Positions 1 through 12,885 are shown, counted from the first letter of the stretch. The stretch is 64,000 nt of DNA from Chrysomallon squamiferum (GCA_012295275.1 CM022673.1:29078001-29142000), one strand, 5' to 3'. A program made the numbers and translations. Notes: a model not told the origin generated them from the letters alone.

Positions 1-615
1 TCGATACAGGTATGCTGATGCTTTCATGTAATTTACTTTTTAAACACTTTTTTCTTTCATTTTGAACATTATATTCCACAACAGTATATCTTCCAGCTCC
101 TGATTATCCTTTTCTATCAAAGACAACATCACTGTAACAATTTCTACAGTTTCTACCATCACACGTACCATTACTGCTTCTGCTACTAATATTGTTCTAC
201 TACAGTAATAACACTAATACTAATACCGTTACACAGATACTGTTTATCATACAATCACCATCATCACTTCCAGTAGCTATTAGTACGACTTTTACAACAA
301 CAACAATAACAATAATAGTTATAAAAATAACAACAAATCATAATAATAAAAACAACAACAACGACAGTAACAGTATCAGCAATCATACTACTACTACTGT
401 TAATAATAATAATACTACTAATAATATTAATAATAATAATAACGACAATAACAGTATCATCAATACTACTACTACTACTAATACTACTAATAATAGCTAC
501 ATATCTAATTATCTCAAAAAAAATAAATTATTCACCCACGTGTTTTTATTTCTCGCAGTTGGAAAGAAGACCGCGAACCAGCATGAAACCTCTTTGTGAT
601 GTAAACAAAAATGTA
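1..615 (+). other. Probable final intron and 3' UTR exon of a further Cys-peptide gene copy starting upstream of the window
   Basis: CAG|GTATGC donor at 10 and pyrimidine tract plus CAG acceptor at 557-558. The following exon (...TGTGATGTAAACAAAAATG) resembles the last exon of copy 1 (...TGTGATCACAAAAATC). Confidence 0.35.
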
Positions 616-914
616 CTCAGTCACGTGTGTTGCTTTGTTTTTTAACTTCTTTTTGTTGTTTTCTTTAAAATTTTCAAACAAGATAAGCTAAGCATTATAA
701 TCAAAAGACGCTTAAATCTTTAACTTGCGAGTTAATTATGTCAATAAGCAGGAGATATCCACTTTATCTCCCACCAGTTGGTTTGCTTTGATATCGCCTG
801 GTGTTTTGTATATAAACCGTTACTTTTCGACGTAACGGTACAAACTGAAGTGGAAAAAACTTATAGTATTACAGTCTAGAGATTCATCAGTTTTGAAAGA
901 AAAATCTATATATA

Positions 915-1196
915 ATGAATTTTGTAAGAATCCTCACAGTTGTCTGCCGTAAGTAAAAAAGAAAATAAATAATCAAGATAAGTATTTTATAAACTGAAAC
1001 TGGATGATAATTAATCTAAATATCTTTCAACCTAGATGACGTTGAAAAACGTGGTTTTGTCAGTTGTGAAATGTTTCTTTGTTTTGTAGTTTCAGTTTCT
1101 CTGATGGCTGCAGCTGATGCGTGCTGTTGTAAATGTTGTAAATGTTGTTGTAAATGCTGCTGCAAGTGTTGTAAGTGCTGCTGTGACAAAAAGTAA
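915..1196 (+). CDS. Secreted Cys/Lys-rich peptide, copy 1 (class A): MNFVRILTVVCLSVSLMAAADA|CCCKCCKCCCKCCCKCCKCCCDKK
   Basis: Exons 915-948 and 1090-1196 joined by a GT-AG phase-1 intron. TATA at 809-816, probable 3' UTR intron 1238-1556, AATAAA near 1613. Homologous to 13 other copies. Confidence 0.9.
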
Positions 1197-3062
1197 GCTG
1201 CTGAAACGGACAGGAACTTTATGAGTTTCATAAACAGGTATATAAAAAAATACTCATAATTTTTAAATGTTAATAATTATAAAAATATGAAAATTATAAA
1301 TGTAACAACGAACGAACCAGTAAATAAATAAATAAATAAATAATTCATGACAGAATTATATGTTAACGTCGTATCATTAACATAACGTTTCAAGGAAAAT
1401 TGTTTTAATTTTTTTGCGTTGTTAAATTCTGTATTTCAGTTAATTAAGATATCTCAGTGAAACTTTTATTTTGTAAACTTAGATTATTTCACATCAGTGA
1501 TATTTCTGTTTTAATACATTTATAATTAATATCTGCGTATTTTATTTTTTCGACAGGTATCGTGGAATCAGAAACACGTGTCTGTGATCACAAAAATCTG
1601 AACTGTAATCTCAATAAAACTACTGCAAATAATATAACATTGTTCTTTTTCTTTTATTTATCATTTCAACTTTAAAAATACGTACTCGTTTTTAACATTT
1701 TCCAAATACACATATATTTCCTATCATTGACATACTACAATTTAAACCAACACTGAAAAGTTAATTTGTATCCTCACAATGAATTATATGTAATTAGCAG
1801 TTCAAAGTATATATTATTACTACTTATCTTTCAATATACTGAGCTAATTGAATGTTATAGGGGACACTGATTTTTCAAGATTCAAAATATTCTCCGAGTA
1901 CAGACCTAGTATCCCGAACCAATCTTAGTTACATATTACAGTTTTCAGTTTGCACAACAATTCTGCTTGTTTTGTACAAACTTATTTAAAAATATTATAC
2001 AAAAAATCCTTCAGACTGTTTCTGTGAGGTGTTTAAGAAATATAAACGCAGTTTGCATTTATCTCTTTAAATTTCAAAATCCTAAACACTTTCCGGTCCC
2101 AGACATTTCAGATAAAGAATTCTAAACCTGTTTAATACATGCAAGATATTTTTGATGAATAAAAGAAGGCAACTCTTTCTCGGAGATTTAATTTTAAAAA
2201 ATACGACCTTAATCAAATATGTCATTATAATATGCAAAACCATGATCATATTATATAAATGTCACATATACTAAAAAAGCAAGACATATTTCATTTTTTA
2301 GAGCAGATGTATATTAATACATTAACCGTATGTGCATCAAGCTTGGTAGTAAAGCTATTAAAAATACTGAGAGTGTAAAACAAACAATTCATCAGTAAAG
2401 AAATAGCGATGAATATTATTCACCGGTGAAAGTAATTTGACTGTTTAGAAAATAATAACATTAACACAATGCAGCGCTACTTGAAATAAATGCCCTCGAA
2501 AAGCTCATTTTATTTCTATTATTACAACTGCATAATATTCTCAAAACTGTGTATAATAAATTGCCATTGTTGTGCATAAACAGATTTAGACATTAACCTT
2601 GATAAATGAGAATGAAGACGTATAAGCCAATCGACTGTGAAATGATCGAAATGGAACTATTAATAGAAAAAAAAAAATAAAGAAAACGAAAGAGAAAGAA
2701 GAATTCAAGTCAAAAATTGATTAATAAAAAAGTCATTAAATGATGAATTTAAAAAAAAAAATGATTTATTGATTTTTTAAAATTATTTATTTATTATTAT
2801 TTTATTTCACTGACATTTTTTCTTCACACTGACCACGTTACAAATCTCGGATAATCATAATAACACTGGAACTGTTACGTTCAGCTTGGCAGTGCATTCT
2901 CTGGTCTATGGTATTGGCTCTAGGTTCTGTTATACGCGCGGTATCAGCATATTCATTTAAAAAGACTATATCATAACTATCAAATATCTGCAGTTACTGC
3001 TTGTGCCATAAAGTCAGTGGTTGACACTTGAATGACGTGTTTCATTTCTGACTGGTGCAGAA

Positions 3063-3128
<66 letters not shown>

Positions 3129-3517
3129 CTGATGCCTAACAACTGTTTTAAAAGGTCATTTTCAAATATTTTTACACATTCATTTATTCATCAGCTGTGT
3201 TTAATACGCACGTGATTTCGTTCTTACTAATAAGTATAGACTTCTGGACAAAACCACCACAAAAATGTAGGAAAACGTAAAAACTTAAATTTCCTTTTTT
3301 GAAACTGTTACATCTTTAGAAGTTAAACAATCGTAACAAATTGTACGGGGGAAAATTAATAAACAAATATAAAGATTATCTCCTCCCCCAAATCTGAGGT
3401 TTCCTTGTTTTTGATATAAAAGCGCGGATAATCTGAGGTACAAACATAAAGTGATTTCTGGAGAGAGGTGATACAAAGAAAACTGTGAACTCAAATTGCA
3501 CGAAGAAAGAAGAAATC

Positions 3518-3557
3518 ATGAATTTTGCAAAAATACTGACTGTTGTTTGCCGTAAGT

Positions 3558-3592
<35 letters not shown>

Positions 3593-3652
3593 CTTATACT
3601 GTTGTTGTTCTTAATGGTTTCTTTTTTTTTCTTTTTCTTTTTGTTATTTTTA

Positions 3653-3725
<73 letters not shown>

Positions 3726-4489
3726 AGTAAACGCATAATAATGTATACTATTGTTTGTATCTTGTTACTTATTAATGATTTTTTAAATAAATACATGATA
3801 TATGCCTTATCAATATCATTGTAAGATTATTGTAAAAGGAAAAAAAAAAGATAAACGTAATCGATAATATTAGTGATAAAGATATCAAAACTTTAATTTA
3901 GTAAAATAGATTAATGTACAACAGTACAACTCACTCTGTGGGATATAGGATTATACTGTGATTAACTGATAACAAACTTGTGGTTGTACCGCCTCTTCTG
4001 AAAATCCACTTTTTAAAATTATGAATCGCTTATGCTTAAATACAAATACCAAGAGTTTATTTTATTCAGTTTCGAGTTTTTCTTCGTAAATATTTCAAAT
4101 AGATGATAAACAATTTTGAAAAAGTTTGATAGAAAAGATAGAAAAACGTTTTAAAGATACGTGAAAAAAAAACTCTTTTTTTAAAAGATTCACTGCATGA
4201 CAAACATGAGATGCAGCGAATGTATGACAACAAAACCACAGCTTTCATATCCTTTTATCCTTTTATAATCACACATCGCTTTTGTTTAATATGTCAAATT
4301 GTTAAATATTACTTTATTTTATTCGACCGCTTCGATGACGAAGGTAATTTCGAATGGTGAAAATTAGAATTAAAAATCGGATTTAATTTTTTACGTTTTC
4401 TTAAAGTTGCAGTTTCTGTGTTTGCCGCAGCTGATGCTTGCTGTTGCTGTAAATGTTGCTGCAAGTGTTGTTGTTGCGACAAGAAGTAG
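3518..4489 (+). CDS. Secreted Cys/Lys-rich peptide, copy 2 (class A): MNFAKILTVVCLAVSVFAAADA|CCCCKCCCKCCCCDKK
   Basis: Exons 3518-3551 and 4407-4489. TATA at 3415-3420, GTTTCC at 3399-3404, probable 3' UTR intron 4531-4942. Confidence 0.9.
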
Positions 4490-4648
4490 ATACTTAAATC
4501 AACGACGATGTCGAGAATTTAGTTTTTAAGGTAATTTTATTTTTTTTTATTTTAGTATAAACTTTAAGCAAATTAATTTTGTTAATATATAATTATTTCT
4601 AACACATACTTTCTGCTTAATTATGTATCATTTTATAAATGCCGTGGG

Positions 4649-4735
<87 letters not shown>

Positions 4736-5180
4736 GAAGAAAAAAAAATGAGACATAGCGTAAACAATGTCTGCTGTTTTATATTCTGTTGTATTACATC
4801 TTGATATAATATATCAATAATTTTATTTCATTTCACTGTTATTTAATATATACTCTATTCACACCAAATACAGCAAAAATGTTCATCATTAAAATTATAC
4901 AAATGTTTATAATACTCTTTTTACGTTTTCTTGTTGTTCTAGGTTTTGGGGAAATGGAAGACTTCCTTACTGGCGAAAATAAAAAATAATTAAGATCATA
5001 TTCTGTTTGCTATTTTTTAAATTTTATCATAAAATAAAGTATACTGAATATAATATAATTAAGAAAACACAATTCTGTCGACTTTTAATTAATTTTTCAA
5101 CATAAGTACTGTAATCGAATTCCAGAAAAAAATAAACTATATATAGAGGAACAGATAACATACACAAAGAAAACCACATA

Positions 5181-5252
<72 letters not shown>

Positions 5253-5620
5253 TACGGTAACGTCTAGTTAAAAAAAAGAATATAAAATACATCTTCCACA
5301 ACTTCATCTTAAACTGAATTTATGATCATACAACATACGTTAACAGACGCTAAACGTAATAAAGAAAAAAACTTAAACGTAAATATCACATATTTTATTG
5401 CACTAAATAAAGAACTAAAGTTTTATGTTTAAGAAATACAAGGTTTGTTAATCTGCCTCACACCAGTGATATATCATTTACATAAGCGCTGACTGCCACA
5501 GCACCTGTGAGAAAAAAAAAAAAAAAAAGAAAGACATAATTACATCACAAAAGCAAATGTACCATTATATGTGTGTGTGTGTGTGTGGTGTGTGCGTGCG
5601 GGTGTGTTTATTATTATTAT

Positions 5621-5695
<75 letters not shown>

Positions 5696-5905
5696 GATTA
5701 ACGTATGTATAGAATGGATATGTATGATGATGTATAATCAGAATCATTCAAAAGATGCCTATACATAAATTAACAGAAAACATCTGTTTCTAAACAGTTA
5801 CAAATCTGTACATTATAGAAAATAATGGTTCGATATTTATAGTGATTTTTTTCTTAACAGTATTCAAAATAAAAATAAATCGGTACTTTATTATTATTAC
5901 CTGTA

Positions 5906-6281
5906 TTATTGTTTATAACAACATTTACAACAACATTTACAGCAGCATTTACAACAACACTTACAACAGCAACACGCTTGAGCTCCAGCCAGTAAAGACA
6001 CCGAAACTAAAATAATAAAAATGCATGTACAACGTGAATCTATGACTACTTTATAAATGACTCTTTTTTTTGTGTGTGTGTATCTTGTTATTGGTAAAAG
6101 ATAATATTATATCATTGTGAAAGATTAAAAGTCTCGGACTAAATGAATTCATTTTTTTTATAAATGTATTGCTGTAATGGTACTTCATTTTGCAAGTAAG
6201 TAGCATCATCGTTGTTAGGTGTAAAAAAGACAAATAACAAACAAACAAACAAATAGACAAACAAATAAACAAACAAACAAA

Positions 6282-6346
<65 letters not shown>

Positions 6347-6411
6347 AAATTAAATTAAATTAAATAAATCTACTTGCCAAATGCAACTGCCAGAATTTTA
6401 GTAAAATCCAT
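5906..6411 (-). CDS. Secreted Cys/Lys-rich peptide, copy 3 (class A): MDFTKILAVAFVSVSLLAGAQA|CCCCKCCCKCCCKCCCKCCYKQ
   Basis: Exons 6411-6378 and 6006-5906. The intron donor is GC (G|GCAAGT). TATA at 6506-6499, 3' UTR intron donor at 5900. Confidence 0.85.
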
Positions 6412-8119
6412 GGTTGATTGTGGTTTATAAGATTTTCTCACAAATTTGATCAGACACGAACAAGGCGACTAACGCTGTTCAAACTATGATTGTGAAAGTT
6501 TATATACAAAACTAAAACACGAGGAAACAGAAACAGCAGACTTTGTAATCGTGTAATTTGTTTGATTTTGATAATCAGAGGATTAAACTTGTTCTGTGTC
6601 TGTTTTATTCGTTTTATTTAAGCCTCTTTTTGATGTGGCATTTCGTACTGTTTCAAGATCAAGCTTTTTAAAAACGTTCATCAATGAATTCATTTCAAAA
6701 ATTTAAAACGCGGATTAGATCCAATGATGCGGCTTTAATAATAATTTTTAAGTGAAGTTCTGGATGTCCAGCTTTGAAATAACTGAACTTTTGTTTTTGT
6801 CCTACTTTCTTAAAATGATAAATAAGAATTATCAGTGAATGTCTAGATGATGTGTGGAAGGGTAAAGTATGTTTATAAATGAACATGAATCAAACAAATC
6901 GAAGGAAAGATTTTGAAATATTTTATTCAAGTCACACTCAACAAGTTTAATTTAAGTTTATAAATGACAGAAATATGGATGAAACTCAGACTGAGATGGA
7001 GAGAGGAATTCAGCTGTCACAGTTCAAAAGGCTCCTCTTTCTGATTAACAGCAAAGTGTATCCCAGACTTTTCTCACATTGGTTCAGTCGGGTAAATATT
7101 TTCATACATTCTGCCTGACTTCACTGAATACTTCCTGTGTTGCACATCTGACATCTAAACTAAAGTGATAGATGTGTGTCTAAATAGTGAAATTTCACAC
7201 GTTCCTTTTACTATCTAGTGCTAAAAAAAACAACTAATAGAGTACATAACAAACTGGTTAATATTCTAAATGTTCAGTCTCTAAAGATTCTAAAGAAAAA
7301 ACTACAGTACTGCTGACCGAGTCTAAAAAAGCAACAACAGCAGTATTATGAGCTATCTATAACGTCCTTAAATCCAGTAGTCTCATTAAAACAAAATAAA
7401 TGATAAACACAAAATGACCTTCTCAAAACAAATACATTCCACTTCTAATTTATTTGCTTTGATCTGAAAGCCTTTTTCTGCATATTATGCATTTGGAGTA
7501 AGAATTCATTTACATGTGAGTTTTTCAAAGAATGCGTTTGTCTTACTGGCTGGCAGGAACGGGTGTTGCCGTTGTCGTTAATATTTTATGTCATTTGACC
7601 TCTTTCACTGTTGACCATTTAAAAATCAACAACAATTATATATTTTTTTTTAACAATTTATTTCAAACTGTTTATGGCAAGCAGTCTCATGGAAGTATTC
7701 TTCAGTTCTTCTTTTAACGAATTCCAAATCTGTAAAATGATGTTTTAATGATAATATATAGACAGTCGCTTTTAAGTAATAAGAAGGAATAAGAAAAATA
7801 AGAATAAAAATAGCATTTATGGAAATCACATTTGGGTTTACTCTTTTACCGGCGTGTTTGACACATTGGACTTCCTATGAGAAGCTTTATGTTAAAGAAT
7901 TCTTGTTGGAAATGAATTCAAGTTTTTTTTCGCGGACTTTGTAATGTGGTATTTCTCTTCTCATTTTATTGACAGAAGACAAACAGTATATACCCGATAC
8001 CTGATAATTATTTGTATTAAACTGTGATGAAATGTCTTTAAAACACATATTCAGTTAATATTTGATCATTACTGTATTCTAGTTACCTGCTCTGTTTGTC
8101 GAGTTTTGTTGTCAAATTT

Positions 8120-8608
8120 TTACTTCTTGTCACGATGACAGCAACATGCTTTAGCTCCCGCAATCATAGAAACTGAAACTACAAATATAATTCAAAACAG
8201 TTCATAACAAATCCCTCACAATCTCTACAGTTTAATTTTGACTCCAGCAACCATATGAACTGAAAGTACATATAATATAACTCAAAATCAGTTATACTGA
8301 AAAAACAACCTCACAAATTTGGTCTTCGTTGGTTTAAACAGTAACACGAATCATTATACTACGTCTATAAAGATAATACAGATATCTAAGTTGACCATCT
8401 TTAGACTAATATTTAAGAGGACTGCTTTTGTTAGGAATTATTAATCTGAACTCTGAGATAATAAAATATTTAAATTACCTACGGAAAAAGAAAACCTCCC
8501 CCCAAAAAACAACCTTAGTGGTGAAAAAATTATTATTATGTTACTTAGAAATTAAGAATACTTAAACAACTTACGAATTAAAACAGTGACGATCTTCACA
8601 AAATCCAT
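8120..8608 (-). CDS. Minimal secreted Cys peptide, copy 4: MDFVKIVTVLILSVSMIAGAKA|CCCHRDKK
   Basis: Exons 8608-8575 and 8178-8120 with a GT-AG intron. TATA at 8698-8691, probable 3' UTR intron 8086-8001. Confidence 0.85.
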
Positions 8609-8690
8609 GGTTATGTTTACTTCTCAGTGCACTGTGTGCTTACTGTTAGTATTGTTGTCAAAATTTAATTTTATTAGCTTCTTTCTATTC

Positions 8691-9026
8691 TTTATATAGG
8701 CGATAACAGGGAAACAAACATCCCTCTTATTCATATGTTAATGTTTTTTCATTTTGCTTTTCATATGTTTTCAAGTCATATTAACCTGTAACACATTCTT
8801 TGTAAGTTATAAAATGGGAGGGATCTTATTTGACGCTTTCTGTCCTTAATTTTTATAACATGCTTCCTTTCGTATTAATTTACCAGGAAAGTGAAAACTT
8901 TATAAAAAGAAATTTTGTTCTGTGTTATCTTATTACAATGTGTTTTAAATTAATTTACAAAGAAAATAGGAAATTAATGTAAAATAGTATTCAGTTTCCT
9001 TTACGTTTAAAACTTTTTGTATAAAA
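8691..9026. promoter_or_regulatory. Back-to-back promoters of copies 4 and 5
   Basis: TATA on the minus strand at 8698-8691 and on the plus strand at 9020-9026, each preceded by GTTTCC (8715-8710 and 8994-8999). Confidence 0.65.
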
Positions 9027-9095
9027 AAGCTAACAATCTGAGATGGATACAAACTTTGACTTGTAAAAGAAAGTGAACGCAAAACAGAAACCAAC

Positions 9096-9630
9096 ATGAA
9101 CTTTGCTAAAATCCTTACTGCTCTTGTTCGTAAGTAGTAACATTTATATCACAGTTATTACTCTGTTAAATAATTTGAATAGTTTTACAGCGGATTTGTA
9201 TACTTAGAAATCAGTTCATATTTGCGTATTTAAATAGCAGTCCACGGTGTAAAAAAAATAACATTTAACCAGTCAACTAACAACGGAAATCAGATTTGAA
9301 TGGTAGAATTATATTAATATCTAGTGTACTCAACTAATTGCTAAATATTAACGTTGTTTACACTGACTATAATGAAGTGACTTTATATTGTTGATAGTGT
9401 CTGTGTTAATATTATACTGATGATAGTGAATGTTACGTTTTGCGATATGTATTGATAGTTGATGTTATTTCTCGCGATATTCTATTTATAGCTAATGCAA
9501 TTTATTGATAGTGATTAACTGATAGTGATTACGCATTGCTAATAGTGACTGTGTATTATTGATAGTGACTGTTTCTGTGATTGCCGGAGCTAAAGCTTGC
9601 TGTTGTTGTCATCGTGATAAGAAGAAGTAA
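9096..9630 (+). CDS. Minimal secreted Cys peptide, copy 5: MNFAKILTALVLTVSVIAGAKA|CCCCHRDKKK
   Basis: Exons 9096-9129 and 9566-9630. TATA at 9020, GTAAGT donor at 9669 after the stop. Confidence 0.8.
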
Positions 9631-10913
9631 AATTCAAGAAATAAACAAACAACAAACAGCAAAAACAAGTAAGTAAATAAGAAATAACCACTTTAGTGTT
9701 TACAGTTTTAGGACGTCTACGTGATTTTGTTTAAGTTTTATATTTAACAGAACACAACAATGTCTGGGTTTTTAGCTACAAAATCCGGCAATTTAAATAA
9801 TTGTTTTTCATTAAAAAAAAAAAAAATTGTGTAAGATAGAAAATTCTATTTTGAAAACAAAGGTATATTTTATGTTTTAGGTTATGTTAAACATCGAATA
9901 GTATGTGATACTATTCCAGAGATATGCACATTTAAATTTTGGTTTTTTGTTATCATTAATTGTAATTTTGATAATAAATTATAAATAGTTCAATAATATC
10001 TGAGGAAAATATTATTAAATAAATTTGAATAATAAAATTATAAAATAGTTAATAAAATAATTTGTATTATTGTTTTTGTTTTGGGGTTTTGTTTTTGTGT
10101 ATTTTTTTTCTTCAAAAAAAAAACATATAATCATATGGAAAATATAATTATAACTTTTTTTTATTTTTAGAATGAAGAAAAATGCAGATATCTGAAAAAT
10201 AAATTCAGGAGAGCCTGAACAAAGAGAAAGATACAAACACTTTAATTTTGTATTTTTAATAAAGTTATAATAAGTAAAGAAGGCTTTTTTTTTTAATCAG
10301 TTAATTAATTTATTTATTTATTCGTTACTTCATGCATTCATTCATTTTTTTCATATTTATTTAGTGTATATTATCATTATATTTGTTTATTTAATATGAC
10401 TTGAGAAAAACGTAATATATTTAATTTAAAATACTCTACCTCGTTTTAATAGCAATACCAATGTTAAAACCAGTTATATTCACTATTAGCTTGCACTGAC
10501 TAGGATAAACAAATAACAAATGTATTAGATAGATTTCCTTTAGTTCCCAGTGGAATAACAGTTTGTTTAAATAAAATAAATAGTAGTTCCTAAGGGTTTG
10601 GGTGAAAAGTTTATTTGTTAAGATGAAAAGAAATTTGCTTTTAAAGATATGTCTCTGAATCGTGTGTATAATTTACTTCAATGACCGGAATATAAAACCA
10701 CAAATGTGAAAAAAAAAAAAAAAAATGAAAGGTTTCGTTTAATCCTTTATTCTCCAGCATCAGACAAAGCACAGAATTACAAAGTCAACTGCTTCTGTTT
10801 CCTGTTGTTTCAGTTTTGTATATAAACTTTCACAATCAGCTTTTGTACGGAATTAATCAGGTTATTCGTGAGTGATCAAATTTGTAACGAAATTTTCTAA
10901 ACAACAAACAATC

Positions 10914-11501
10914 ATGAATTTAACTAAAATTCTGGCAGTTGCATTCGGTAAGTAAATTTATTTTATAAATATTTATTTATTCATTTATTTGTTCATTTAT
11001 TTATTTATTTATCTATTACGTTATTCATTCATTTTCATTTATTTATTTATTTATCTATTTATTCATTCATTCATTCATTTGTTCACTTATTTATTTATTT
11101 AATCATTAACATTGTTATCTAAGAACTCAGAGACTGAGAAGACTGAGTATCGGAACATAAATATTCAAACATACTTAATTTATTTTTATAGAAATGAAAT
11201 TAATATTTTAAAAAGCGCACATATAAATTGTATTATCGACTATTATTCTTGAAATGCTTTGACATTTTGTTTTTGTTTTTTTGTTGTTGTTATTCTTTTC
11301 ATAAATAAACCACAATTTTCTTTAATATAAATGAACATAGACTCACGTTGTATTCAGTTCAAAAGTTAATTATTTTAAATTTTAACTAACAAAATTTAGT
11401 TTCATTTTCTTTACTGGCTGGCGCTCAACCATAATAAGTGTTGTCTTAAATATTGTTGTAAATGTAAATGTAAATGCTGCAAATGTTGTGACAAGAAGTA
11501 G
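10914..11501 (+). pseudogene. Disrupted Cys/Lys peptide gene, copy 6: MNLTKILAVAFVSFSLLAGAQP* then frameshifted KCCLKYCCKCKCKCCKCCDKK*
   Basis: Exons 10914-10947 and 11400-11501. In-frame TAA at 11432-11434, Cys/Lys tract shifted by one base. Promoter and exon 1 align closely with the inverted copy 3. Confidence 0.8.
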
Positions 11502-12885
11502 TGAAATACAAACAGGTAAAAATATTTATTATTTATTAGTAATAATAATCTTTTTGATTTTATTCATAAAAAAGAAAATGTAGTTTATTTTAACTTTAAA
11601 AGGTTACGGGTTTAAGTAAATAAATAAATAAATAAATATTAAAGGTAAAATACAGGTCCAAAATTTCGTATCAAATAATGATAACATTAATTTTCATATA
11701 GCATTATTATGATTTATTTATTTACTTTTTATTTATAAATATATTTATTTATTTATTTATTTTGTTTTAATTATTACCATTTTTCTTCTTTTTGTTTGTC
11801 AGTCATGCCTGATAACTTTTAAAGCTATTGTGTAATGTTATTTTATCATGTTTTATATGTGTGTATGCGTGTATGTGTGTGTATACATGTGTTGTTGTAT
11901 GTGTTGTTGTAAATATATGTGTGTATATGTGTGTGTGTTTATGTGTGTGTATATATATATATATACGCACATACATATACACACAGATAGATAGATAGAT
12001 ATCTTGCTGATTTCACATGGAGTGACAGTAGCGGATTTCCTATCTTACATCATCATAAAGTAAAATGTTTAATATTTAATTATCATTGATATAGAAAGTG
12101 TTGTTATATCCTTAAATAATTTAAATAAGGTCTTTATAAAAACTGACTTCCATATAATTTTATGCGTGCTTCAGTTATTGGGGTTTTTTGTTGTATTTAT
12201 GTTATATCGGTAACAGAACTGTTTTAATAATTATAACTACATATTTTAATTATCCATTATTTAAACTTTAAACATTTTTTTTCTTTCTTTTCTTATTTTA
12301 ACAGGTTCTGGTGTGTTCATTATTCTTAGCATACCACAGGTGTAATGTACTTTGTAAAACAATGTATATGGGAATAATAAATCTTTATTTATAGTTACAT
12401 ATATTTTTGTCATTCAGTTAAATATATTTCGTTAACAATTGTAATAACATTTCTTCCTAATTAAAATAGTTTATTTTAATACGGTTTTTAAGCAAAATCG
12501 TAATAAAATATTTGAAGCTTTGTCTTATTATTTGAAAATAATAATGTTTCTGGGTGTATCTAAAAGTAGAGAAATGACTTGCAGCGTAACATTTTCACTG
12601 AACCAGTCGCGCTTTGTTCAGCCGTAGTCAAAGTCGTTCGTCGAGTTCTCGACATTTTACTTTAATAGGCTTTTCTATCCGAAAGTGCTTGTAACAGATC
12701 CCTTGCTGTTAAAAATAGGCCTTTATTTGTCAACAGTTTCATCTCTCTTATCTTCTTGACATCGTTATAGTAATAAAATAGGCTTACTTAGATATATTCC
12801 ACTATAATTTTGTTGAAATCTTGTTTAACATAGTCCTTTTATGGCTTCGGGGGCTTGTTTTAGAAAATGTTTATATAACAGAGAA

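Noticed and set aside
192-599. 135-aa Asn/Thr-rich ORF
   Set aside because: Translation of AAT/ACT/AAC trinucleotide repeats in what appears to be an intron.
1016-1231. Gln/His/Leu-rich ORFs (QQHLQHLQQH), also at 14864-15175 and 20663-20923, and Ala-rich ORFs at 17670-17928
   Set aside because: They are antisense or off-frame shadows of the TGY/AAR Cys-Lys exons. The splice sites, signal peptides and TATA boxes support the other reading.
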